A stretch of 64,000 bases of DNA from an uncultured Saprospiraceae bacterium. GTDB taxonomy: Bacteria; Bacteroidota; Bacteroidia; Chitinophagales; Saprospiraceae. The number at the start of each line of letters is the position of its first letter. Within the stretch, counting starts at the first letter, position 1. The stretch covers positions 9,428-73,427 of the forward strand of contig CAYRRD010000010.1 in the NCBI GenBank assembly GCA_964426625.1. The letters run 5' to 3'. The notes under the pieces were generated by a model. It made no database searches. It saw only the letters and a list, made by a program, of their open reading frames with translations, and was not told the DNA's origin. Position numbers and translations under genes: made by a program. Shown one piece after another: positions 10,380 through 19,012 of this stretch.

Positions 10380-11722
10380 ACCAACTCTTTCATCAATTTT
10401 TGGAAATGTTTTCGGTGACCAAACTGATGTTCAATCGTTTTTATCAGAAAATGTTTAAGAGCCCTTTGGTCTCTTCGACTGATTTCATCCAGGATTCCAT
10501 TGATATGGTTCAAAGCCGGTCTGCCAAAATGGGACGCAAGATACCCTTCAATTAGTGCGGCTAATTTTTGCTCCACCGCTTCCCGATAGCGAGGGTAAAT
10601 GATGTCCAGAAACGGTAAGATTTCATAAATGTTGGTTTCCTTCATAAGCGCATCCTTAAGGCGTTCTTCCTGTTGCAAATGCTTATACGCTGCGTACAGA
10701 TGAAAATTTTCGACCTCCGGATGCAGGTCATAATAATTCGCTATATCCTCAATCAGGCTATGGTCACAGATTTGCGGATCTTCCTGCAACCGGGTGAGTA
10801 TTTTCACATCGCCGGTGAGAAAATATTCCTGAATGGCCAATTCAGAAAAATCGAGGCTTTCCACCCCATGTTTTTGTAAAATCTGAAATATACGCGATTT
10901 TATATTTCGGTCTTTTTGCTGATTGTATTGCGTTCGCAATAATTCAAGAAGTTCCCTGGTCAATGACTGATTTTCATTGGTGTGGCTCAAGGCCTCATAA
11001 AAAGCCAATTCCCCGGAGTATTCTTCAGCAAGGGCGTGCAAAGCTCCGTTGAAATTGAGTTTATCCAGGACCCGAACTTTTTGTTCAATCCATCTACTGC
11101 GATAGGCAGGGATTTCCTGAATTTTTGTGCTCAGGTATCCCAGGAGTTTTTTTGCCAGGGCAGCGGGTTTTCCCTTCTCCCATTCAATGAGCAGCATATA
11201 TGGATTGAGCTGGTCATCCCATGGTATTGCCTTGCCTTCCTGTATCAGCTCGTGGAGAAAAAGGATCATTCTGGATTTGAGTTCTGGGGCAGGACTATCC
11301 CGATGTATTCCGTCGAGCAACTGGTAACACTGGTAAGGTAGTGTATGGAACCGGAATTTTTCCGCAATCAGATCAGAATATTGATCGAGTAATCGGAGCA
11401 CATGGGAAACGATGACAAACGCTTGTCGATAATCCTCTCTGGATTGGCAATCCCGGGCCTGATCAATCAAATCCCTGATATGATCTCTGACCTTGTTGGC
11501 TTTGCGATGGGTCATTTCCGACAAGGAATTTGGAATCATATGTTTTATTCTATCCATGATCAACTGGAAGTCCATCTCGTCCAGTTCAAACTTTGAGGCA
11601 AAATGGATAAGGAAATGGTCTGTTAGATCAGCGTGTAGGGTAAAAGCGTTCTTTAAAAACAAGACGAGATCTTGTTTTTCACTATTTTCAAGCAACGACT
11701 GGATATCCAGTCTCTTTTTCAT
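10376..11722 (-). CDS. Hypothetical alpha-helical protein (448 aa)
   Basis: Start set at MKKRLDIQSLLE (ATG 11722). The ORF-track extension to 12139 is antisense to sixA and Cys/His-rich junk. The stop overlaps the rlmH start in ATGA. No family recognised. Confidence 0.6.
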   Translation of the reverse strand: MKKRLDIQSLLENSEKQDLVLFLKNAFTLHADLTDHFLIHFASKFELDEMDFQLIMDRIKHMIPNSLSEMTHRKANKVRDHIRDLIDQARDCQSREDYRQAFVIVSHVLRLLDQYSDLIAEKFRFHTLPYQCYQLLDGIHRDSPAPELKSRMILFLHELIQEGKAIPWDDQLNPYMLLIEWEKGKPAALAKKLLGYLSTKIQEIPAYRSRWIEQKVRVLDKLNFNGALHALAEEYSGELAFYEALSHTNENQSLTRELLELLRTQYNQQKDRNIKSRIFQILQKHGVESLDFSELAIQEYFLTGDVKILTRLQEDPQICDHSLIEDIANYYDLHPEVENFHLYAAYKHLQQEERLKDALMKETNIYEILPFLDIIYPRYREAVEQKLAALIEGYLASHFGRPALNHINGILDEISRRDQRALKHFLIKTIEHQFGHRKHFQKLMKELV

Positions 11723-11851
11723 AATTTGCACTTCGTTGATGAACCCAAGTTGTGACCAAATCAAAACAGCATAAAGAACAATTACCTGAAATTCCTGTCT
11801 TAATTGATGGCACCCAAATAAACAATAAAGATACGAATAATTGCACGAACC

Positions 11852-12343
11852 ATGAAAACGATATTCATCATTCGCCACGCAAAGTCTGATTATGGACCTC
11901 AGTACCCCACTGATTTTGACCGTTCGCTCAATGCACGGGGTCGGAGAGATGCTGCAATGATGGCAGTGGAGTTGAAAAAAGTGACGCCCCGGCTGGATCA
12001 GGTCCTGGTTTCTTCTGCCCGGAGAACACAGGAAACAGCACATTTTTTCCTGACAGAATTTCAGGTAAATGATGACCGGGTCACCTATGATCGAAATCTT
12101 TACCTTCCCGCTGAAAAGGACATCTGGGATGCCCTGCAAAGGGTAAATGATGAGGCCTCAAATGTGGCTTTGATTTCCCACAATCCGGCCGTGGAAAGCA
12201 TTCTTCACCGATATCATCCCGGAGAGAAGCTGCCTACCTGTTCCATCCTCGAATTGCATTTTGATGGGTTGTCATGGAAGGATGTGAATCCCGATAAGGT
12301 TCGATTTATTTCACATAAATATCCCTCGATGTATGCGAAGTAG
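11852..12343 (+). CDS. sixA: Histidine phosphatase superfamily protein, SixA-like phosphohistidine phosphatase
   Basis: IIRHAKS catalytic RHA motif, SLNARGRRDA, later SHNP histidine. 163 aa, matching SixA size. Confidence 0.7.
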   Translation: MKTIFIIRHAKSDYGPQYPTDFDRSLNARGRRDAAMMAVELKKVTPRLDQVLVSSARRTQETAHFFLTEFQVNDDRVTYDRNLYLPAEKDIWDALQRVNDEASNVALISHNPAVESILHRYHPGEKLPTCSILELHFDGLSWKDVNPDKVRFISHKYPSMYAK

Positions 12344-12674
12344 TATATGGTTTTGGGTATGTGTGTGTCTGGTTTGCTGCGGACTGGGATCCTGTCAGCG
12401 AACCCTTATCGATCGATATACCGAGGAAGAGTTGTATCAGATTATGTTTGACGCGCACACCCTGGGGCTGATCTACAATCGACAGGAGGTTCGTACCGAT
12501 TCCCTGAAAGAGGCTTATTTTAAGGTTCTTGAAGCACGATACGGTCTGGATGAGGAGGAATTTCAGAATCTGGTGGAAGGACTGATCCTCAATGCCGAAA
12601 TGTATGACCGGGTTTATCAGCGAATGGGCAGGAAAGCCGAGGAAATGGAAAGGAAAAGTATGATGGATTATTGA
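12333..12674 (+). CDS. Putative lipoprotein (DUF4296-like)
   Basis: Lipobox-like CCGLGSC after a hydrophobic N-terminus, and a small helical acidic body. 11-nt overlap with sixA. Confidence 0.45.
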   Translation: MRSSIWFWVCVCLVCCGLGSCQRTLIDRYTEEELYQIMFDAHTLGLIYNRQEVRTDSLKEAYFKVLEARYGLDEEEFQNLVEGLILNAEMYDRVYQRMGRKAEEMERKSMMDY

Positions 12675-12786
12675 GAATCCTGGTGTCTGAATTCCGGATA
12701 TTCCCGATGGACCACAGAGTTGTGCCCCATGAATTAATGTTGGCTTAACATCTGTACCGCTACTTTTACACCAAAACTTAATACGC

Positions 12787-13479
12787 ATGGAATATCAGCC
12801 GAGTATACTCATTGTGGACGATGAAGAGGATATACTGGAGTTTATTTCGTATAACCTTAGAAAACAGAATTACAAAGTTTCCACTTCATCCAATGGGAAG
12901 GAGGCGCTGAGAATTGCACGACGGGACAGACCCGATCTTATTTTGCTGGACATCATGATGCCGGAAATGGATGGTATCGAGGTTTGCAAAACATTGCGCA
13001 GGGATGAAGATTTCCACGGCACCATTATCGCTTTTCTCACGGCCCGTCATGAAGATTTTATTCATTCCAACGCGCTGGATGTAGGTGGGGATGATTTTAT
13101 CACCAAGCCCATAAAACCCAGTGTTCTGGTGAGCAGGATTAATGCCTTGTTAAGAAGGTCGGAAAAATTGAAGAAAAAACAGGAGGAACCCCGGGTTATG
13201 AAACTGGGGGGTATTGAACTCGACGAAGGCCGGTTTTCTGTGAGGCTCGAAGGCAATGAAATCCAGGTGCCGAGGAAAGAATTTTTGATCTTGAGTTTAC
13301 TGATGTCCAAGCCTGGCTATGTATTTACCAGGGAGAAGATCTTTCACGAGGTCTGGAGTTCGGACGTCATCGTAGGCAATCGCACCATCGATGTGCATAT
13401 TCGAAAATTGAGAGAAAAAATCGGAGACAATTTTATCGTTACGGTAAAAGGCGTGGGGTATAAGTTTGATCATTCATGA
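12787..13479 (+). CDS. OmpR/PhoB-family response regulator
   Basis: Receiver domain (ILIVDDEEDI, LILLDIMMPEMDG, FLTA) plus winged-helix output (RTIDVHIRKLREKI, GVGYKF). Confidence 0.9.
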   Translation: MEYQPSILIVDDEEDILEFISYNLRKQNYKVSTSSNGKEALRIARRDRPDLILLDIMMPEMDGIEVCKTLRRDEDFHGTIIAFLTARHEDFIHSNALDVGGDDFITKPIKPSVLVSRINALLRRSEKLKKKQEEPRVMKLGGIELDEGRFSVRLEGNEIQVPRKEFLILSLLMSKPGYVFTREKIFHEVWSSDVIVGNRTIDVHIRKLREKIGDNFIVTVKGVGYKFDHS

Positions 13480-14567
13480 AACTGAAGAACATCACTCCGC
13501 GTCAGATTGCCTTGTATACGGGCCTGGGTATTACTGTCATCCAGGGTGTGGTGTTGTATATACTCTGGTATGTTAATGGCCGCGAAATCAATTCCTGGCT
13601 TCCCTTCCTGGGATGGTTTTTGATTTCATTTATAATCACCTACATGCTCCTTCTCATGGTAATCCGGTGGTTTATTTTCCGAAAGGTCAAATTGATCTAT
13701 AAAAGCATCCGGGAATTCAAAACGGATAAAATCCACAAATCGAGCGAAGAGGAGATTGATGTAGATTCCGATGTGTTTCGAGATGTGGAAGATGAGGTCA
13801 AGGAGTGGACAGAACTCAAACAAAAAGAAATCGATGAATTGCGTACGCTGGAAAATTACCGGCGTGAATACATCGGCAATGTGTCGCATGAATTGAAAAC
13901 TCCGGTATTTAATGTCCAGGGCTATATCCAGACCCTCATCGATGGGGGGATCGATGATCCGGAAATTAATGAAAAATATCTGCAGCGTGCTGCTCACAAT
14001 ATAGATCGGTTGATTACTATCGTGGAGGACCTGGACGTAATCACTCGCCTGGAGTCCGGTGAATTGATCCTGGAAAAGCGGGTGTTCGATATCCGTAGTT
14101 TGGTGAGGGAGGTTTTTGAAGACCTTGAGTTCCAGGCCGGAGAAAAAGAGATCACACTGAAATTCAAAGAAGGTGCTGGAAATAGTTTTCAGGTCTTTGC
14201 AGATCGGGAATCCTTACGGACTGTTCTTATGAATCTGATCAGTAATTCGATAAAGTATGGAAAATCCGGGGGACGAACCAGTGTCGGGTTTTATGATATG
14301 GATCATCACATCCTGGTGGAAATTTCAGATAATGGTATTGGGATCGAACAGAATCACCTGCGCCATCTCTTTGATCGCTTCTACAGGGTGGATAAAAGCA
14401 GGTCACGTCATGAGGGTGGTTCCGGACTGGGGCTAGCCATCGTGAAGCATATCCTTGAAGCGCACAACGAACCGATTAATGTTCGGTCCACACCCGGGTT
14501 GGGTACTACATTTGGGTTTACCCTTCAGAAAGAACGGAGTACCGGGACAGGCATTATGCCATTATAA
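13476..14567 (+). CDS. Sensor histidine kinase (PhoR-like)
   Basis: Two N-terminal TMs, H-box SHELKTP, N box, DNGIGI (G1), GGSGLGLAIV (G2). ATGA overlap with the regulator gene. Confidence 0.9.
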   Translation: MKLKNITPRQIALYTGLGITVIQGVVLYILWYVNGREINSWLPFLGWFLISFIITYMLLLMVIRWFIFRKVKLIYKSIREFKTDKIHKSSEEEIDVDSDVFRDVEDEVKEWTELKQKEIDELRTLENYRREYIGNVSHELKTPVFNVQGYIQTLIDGGIDDPEINEKYLQRAAHNIDRLITIVEDLDVITRLESGELILEKRVFDIRSLVREVFEDLEFQAGEKEITLKFKEGAGNSFQVFADRESLRTVLMNLISNSIKYGKSGGRTSVGFYDMDHHILVEISDNGIGIEQNHLRHLFDRFYRVDKSRSRHEGGSGLGLAIVKHILEAHNEPINVRSTPGLGTTFGFTLQKERSTGTGIMPL

Positions 14568-14640
14568 TGTGACGTTGAAATAAGGACAGGAAAATCATAA
14601 ATCCAGCGTCGCCAGGGGTTCGTGGTTCCTGACCGGTAAA

Positions 14641-14877
14641 TCAGGTCTCGAATTCTGTAATCCGTACATACTTTCCCCACATTTGAATTCCGGCTGTATC
14701 AGGGACGATTTCTGCCCGGACTTCCACTTTTTTCCCCTCCATTTTCAATTGCTCGGGCATTTGAATCGGCACATATTTTTGACCATCTGTAGATTCAATT
14801 CCCCAGAATCCTGTTTCAAGGTTGATAAATTTAACCGTTCCCTTTATTTTCATGAGCCAGATGATTTTCTTTTTCAA
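14641..14877 (-). CDS. Small hypothetical protein (70-78 aa, beta-rich)
   Basis: ORF immediately downstream of and overlapping the S24 regulator gene. Plausible start at MKIKGTV (14853). No family recognised. Confidence 0.45.
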   Translation of the reverse strand: MKKKIIWLMKIKGTVKFINLETGFWGIESTDGQKYVPIQMPEQLKMEGKKVEVRAEIVPDTAGIQMWGKYVRITEFET

Positions 14878-15676
14878 GCAACATTTTCAACAACTGCTTT
14901 TGTTCCATAAAGGCAGATTGCAAACTTTCCATTTGATCGTGGAGAACACTCTCACTTTCCCGGAGAGAATGATCGAATGTGGAAATCCGTGTTTTTACAT
15001 ACCATACCTCGCGGATATCATTGATGTTGAGTCGGTAAGGTCGGTATTCCTCATTGTCCGATTTGAGCATCAGGTGGCGGTGCCTGCTGAGGTTGTTGAT
15101 CACTCTCTTGATCACCACATTTCCTCTTGAAACGATGACATAGACATGGTTGTCCAATATGGAAGTCAACCAATCCCGTGGTTCGATAAATCGACATACG
15201 ACCTTATCTCCAGGCTGGAGTAGGGGGGTCATGGAATCCCCGGATATATCAAACGATCTGAATGTTCCTTGTTGGAATTCGTATCCCGGCAGATGGTAGG
15301 CGGGAAGTTCCTGTACAAATTCCGGATCGATCACCTCACCGGCATATCCGGCCATGGCTGGTTCGGGAACGTGTAATATTCGTTCTTCATTGGCACTATC
15401 CGTGACAATCGTAAGCAAACGGAAGTGTTCTTCCTGCTCCGATTTCATAAACATCTTTCCCTCTCCCAGGTATAGGAAGGTAGGATTTATCCGGTAGGTT
15501 TCTACCGCATTCCTCAATGGCTCCATGGGGATATCCCTTTCGCCTTTCAATACTTTATTGAGGTTTTGAGGTAAATAATTGATCTCCAGAGCGAATTGCC
15601 GGCTCGATCGTACCCGTCCACTTTCTTTGAGAAAGTCGTGGCATTGGATAAACCTTTTGGTCACATCGCTGATCAT
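14831..15676 (-). CDS. LexA/CI-like S24 peptidase-family transcriptional regulator
   Basis: C-terminal S24 fold with Ser motif ISGDSMTP and Lys motif VVIKRV. N-terminal ~70 aa is HTH-like, and the tail is coiled-coil. Start set at ATG 15676 rather than TTG 15709. Confidence 0.75.
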   Translation of the reverse strand: MISDVTKRFIQCHDFLKESGRVRSSRQFALEINYLPQNLNKVLKGERDIPMEPLRNAVETYRINPTFLYLGEGKMFMKSEQEEHFRLLTIVTDSANEERILHVPEPAMAGYAGEVIDPEFVQELPAYHLPGYEFQQGTFRSFDISGDSMTPLLQPGDKVVCRFIEPRDWLTSILDNHVYVIVSRGNVVIKRVINNLSRHRHLMLKSDNEEYRPYRLNINDIREVWYVKTRISTFDHSLRESESVLHDQMESLQSAFMEQKQLLKMLLEKENHLAHENKGNG

Positions 15677-15743
15677 GGTGTTGGGTAGGTTAGTGCATTT
15701 GAATAACAATTATAATATATAATTAGCTGAAATGCAAATCTTT

Positions 15744-16499
15744 TCATGGAAATGACCCGGCAATTGCCAAAAAGTCATCCGCATTGAGCGAAGCTCCTCC
15801 TATCAAACCTCCATCTACATTGGCCTGGGCAAATAATTCCGCGGCATTTTCGGGTTTACAACTGCCACCATACAGTATGGGTATTTCCTCAGCAAATTTA
15901 TAATCGAAGTTTTTGCTGATTACCTCTCTGATAAATCCGTGCATTTCCCCTGCCTGCTCCGCAGTGGCTGTTTTCCCGGTACCAATTGCCCAGACGGGTT
16001 CATAAGCCACAATGACGTGTTTTCCTTCATCCCGTGAAAATTTACATATGGTTTCTTCCAACTGATGCTGGACCACCTTGAAATGATCACCCACTTCCCG
16101 TTGTTCCAGTTTTTCACCTACACACAGGATGACATCCAGACCCCCGGCCAGGGCAGCCCGCATTTTCTGGAATATAACCACGTTGTCTTCATGGAAATAA
16201 GTACGACGTTCGGAATGTCCTAAGATGGTATATTTGGCACCGGTGCTTTTGATCATACCCGCAGACACCGCACCGGTATAAGCCCCGGACTCTTTGGAAT
16301 AACAATCCTGCGCACTAAGCAAAATATCATTTTTGTCGCGTATCTCTTCGTTAACGCTGGTTAAGTGCGTGTAGGGAGGAGCCAAAATGAGGGTAACGCC
16401 TTCCGGCACACGTTGCTCGGCAATGGACCTGGCCAATTGGCGACCTTCTTCCACCGAGGTATTCATTTTCCAGTTTCCGGCGACTATTTTTCTTCGCAT
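15744..16499 (-). CDS. tpiA: Triosephosphate isomerase
   Basis: AGNWKMN, GHSERR, AYEPVWAIGTG and GGASL motifs. Start trimmed to MRRKIVAGNWKMN (ATG 16499). Confidence 0.92.
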   Translation of the reverse strand: MRRKIVAGNWKMNTSVEEGRQLARSIAEQRVPEGVTLILAPPYTHLTSVNEEIRDKNDILLSAQDCYSKESGAYTGAVSAGMIKSTGAKYTILGHSERRTYFHEDNVVIFQKMRAALAGGLDVILCVGEKLEQREVGDHFKVVQHQLEETICKFSRDEGKHVIVAYEPVWAIGTGKTATAEQAGEMHGFIREVISKNFDYKFAEEIPILYGGSCKPENAAELFAQANVDGGLIGGASLNADDFLAIAGSFP

Positions 16500-16520
16500 G
16501 GTGTTTGATTGTTTGGTCAA

Positions 16521-16560
16521 TAAAAAAAGATCAGGTTTTGGAAGTGGTTCCAAAACCTGA
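16521..16560 (-). terminator. Rho-independent terminator after the GSIII gene
   Basis: Perfect 11-bp stem TCAGGTTTTGG/CCAAAACCTGA (16531-16541 / 16550-16560) with an 8-nt loop, followed on the minus strand by TCTTTTTTTA. Confidence 0.7.
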
Positions 16561-16649
16561 GTCAAAGGTAGAAAAATATGTGAAGATAATTTATGATATG
16601 AAGGCCATATATCAATTCCATACGGAAAGGCCTGCCTTCACCGCCAGGA

Positions 16650-18842
16650 TTATTTCATAAACATCAATTCCCGGTATTTTACCATCGGCCAGTCTTTGTC
16701 GGCAACCAGGTATTCCAACCGATCCACGTAAACACGAATTTCTTCCATCAAAGGCAAAACTTCATAACAATATGCTTTGGCTTTTTCCTCCACGTCATCC
16801 AATTCGTTGGCTTTTCTACGTGCATTCGTCATTTCGTGTACTTTTTCGTAGATCATTCTGATGTTTTCAGAAATGTTTTTCACCAGTTCAGATTGTACTG
16901 AATAAGTATCAAGACCCAAATTTTTCTGCTTCTCGATATTGGTCAACACATCGTTTTGATAGCGGATGGCAGCAGGAAGAATGTGATTAATCACCATTTC
17001 TCCGAGTGTTCGGGATTCGATTTGCAAATGGAGAATATAGGTTTCGACCATTACCTCATAATGGGCATCCAGCTCCCGTGGACTTAACACACCGGTCTCG
17101 CTGAACAGTTTCCGGGCCTTTGGCGTGGTAAAGGACTGTAAAGCTTCAGGCGTTTTGGCCAGGTTGGGCAAGCCACGTCGTTCTGCTTCTTTTTTCCATT
17201 CCTCGCTATAACCATCCCCTTCAAACAACACGGCTTTGGATTCCAAAATATATTGTTTGATGACCTGCAATAATGCTGCTTCCTTGGGTATATCATTCTC
17301 CAGTTTTTCGGAAACCTTGTTATAGAAATCCTGTAACTGGTAACCCACGATGGTATTCATGATGGTCATGGGGGCAGCACAATTTTGCCGGGAACCCACC
17401 ATGCGGATTTCAAACTTATTTCCAGTAAATGCAAATGGGGAAGTACGGTTACGGTCGGTGTTGTCTTTTTTGAGTTCCGGAATCTTCGCCAACAATTCCA
17501 TGATGTCCTTGACTCCTTCTTCATCCGACAATTTTTCTTCCGCGATGTTATTGAGTACTTTGGTTAGGAATTCCCCGATAAATACCGAAACGATGGCTGG
17601 TGGTGCTTCGTTGGCACCAAGGCGGTGATCGTTGGAGGCAGAGGCGACGCTGGCACGAAGGAGGTCGGCATATTCATGTACAGCGCGAATGGTAGTCACA
17701 AAAAATGTCAAAAATTCAAGGCTTTTTCCAGGGTTCGTACCTGGGGAAAGCAGGTTCTTCCCCGTGTTGGTGGACATAGACCAGTTGTTGTGTTTGCCCG
17801 ATCCATTGACACCGTCGAATGGTTTTTCATGCAACAATACCCGGAGTTTGTGCCTTACTGCTACCCGGTCCATCAGATCCATCAACAATTGATTGTGGTC
17901 TATGGCTACGTTGACCTCCTCAAACATGGGGGCAAGTTCATACTGTCCCGGGCCGACTTCGTTGTGACGTGTACGAACCGGGATCCCGAGTTTGTGGCAT
18001 TCTTTTTCCAGATCCCTCATAAAGGCATACACCCGGTCGGGGATCAAACCAAAATAGTGGTCCTCAAGTTGCTGTCCTTTGGGTGAATTCTTACCTACCA
18101 AGGTCCGGCCGGTCAGCATAAGGTCGGGACGTGCATAAAACAAAGCCTCATCAACCAGGAAGTATTCCTGTTCCCATCCCAGAGTGACATTTACTTTTTT
18201 TACCCGAGCGTTGGATTCGAACAGATGGCAAACTTTCAAAGCAGATTTGGATAGGAATTCCTCGGATTTTAACAAGGGCAGCTTATAATCCAGCGCTTCA
18301 CCGCCATAGGTTACAAAAATGGTAGGTATGCACAGCGTTTTGCCTTCGCCAATCTCCAGGATAAAGGCAGGGGAGGAGGGATCCCATGCGGTATAACCCC
18401 GTGCTTCAAAAGTGGATCGAAGTCCACCACCAGGAAATGAAGATCCGTCAGGTTCTTGCTGGGCTAAAGCACTTCCGCTAAATTCTTCCAGTACTGATCC
18501 GTCCGGAGTCACTGTGAAAAAGGAATCGTGCTTCTCAGCAGTTCGACCGGTCAGTGGTTGAAACCAGTGCGCATAATGCGTGGCTCCTTTGTCCATAGCC
18601 CATCTTTGCATGCCCTTGGCTACATCTTCAGCCAGTGAACGGGATAAGTTTTTCCCTTCCCGAATGGCTTCCTTCAACAAATCATAAGTGTCTCGTGATA
18701 AATACTTGGCCATGGCCTCGTCCCCGAAAGTATTGCATCCAAAATAAGAGGATATGTTGGTGGTCGGGGATTTGAGCGCCCCATTTTCATGCGAACTCCG
18801 ATCGATAATGGCTTCTAATGCGGAAAAACGTGGTGTGTCCAT
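16650..18842 (-). CDS. glnN: Glutamine synthetase type III
   Basis: 730 aa (GSIII size). NGSGKHNNWS ATP-site motif and the long N- and C-terminal extensions typical of Bacteroidota GSIII. Start trimmed to MDTPRFSALE (18842). Confidence 0.9.
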   Translation of the reverse strand: MDTPRFSALEAIIDRSSHENGALKSPTTNISSYFGCNTFGDEAMAKYLSRDTYDLLKEAIREGKNLSRSLAEDVAKGMQRWAMDKGATHYAHWFQPLTGRTAEKHDSFFTVTPDGSVLEEFSGSALAQQEPDGSSFPGGGLRSTFEARGYTAWDPSSPAFILEIGEGKTLCIPTIFVTYGGEALDYKLPLLKSEEFLSKSALKVCHLFESNARVKKVNVTLGWEQEYFLVDEALFYARPDLMLTGRTLVGKNSPKGQQLEDHYFGLIPDRVYAFMRDLEKECHKLGIPVRTRHNEVGPGQYELAPMFEEVNVAIDHNQLLMDLMDRVAVRHKLRVLLHEKPFDGVNGSGKHNNWSMSTNTGKNLLSPGTNPGKSLEFLTFFVTTIRAVHEYADLLRASVASASNDHRLGANEAPPAIVSVFIGEFLTKVLNNIAEEKLSDEEGVKDIMELLAKIPELKKDNTDRNRTSPFAFTGNKFEIRMVGSRQNCAAPMTIMNTIVGYQLQDFYNKVSEKLENDIPKEAALLQVIKQYILESKAVLFEGDGYSEEWKKEAERRGLPNLAKTPEALQSFTTPKARKLFSETGVLSPRELDAHYEVMVETYILHLQIESRTLGEMVINHILPAAIRYQNDVLTNIEKQKNLGLDTYSVQSELVKNISENIRMIYEKVHEMTNARRKANELDDVEEKAKAYCYEVLPLMEEIRVYVDRLEYLVADKDWPMVKYRELMFMK

Positions 18843-19012
18843 ACAGCAGAATTTAATATTTGGTTGTCGAATGGTACAAAGGTATCTGTTGCTCCCCGCA
18901 TAACGCAATTGATGTTTTTTGGAATTGTTTTTTTCAATTTTAGCATATTTATGGTTATATTTGACTATCAGACATTTATGAATGTCATTTTGTGAATTCC
19001 AAGTGTAAAGAC

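Noticed and set aside
10376-12139. Full 587-aa ORF as listed in the ORF track
   Set aside because: The first 139 codons are antisense to the well-supported sixA-like gene and are Cys/His/Phe-rich with no protein-like pattern. An ATG at 11722 gives a sensible N-terminus (MKKRLDIQSLLE).
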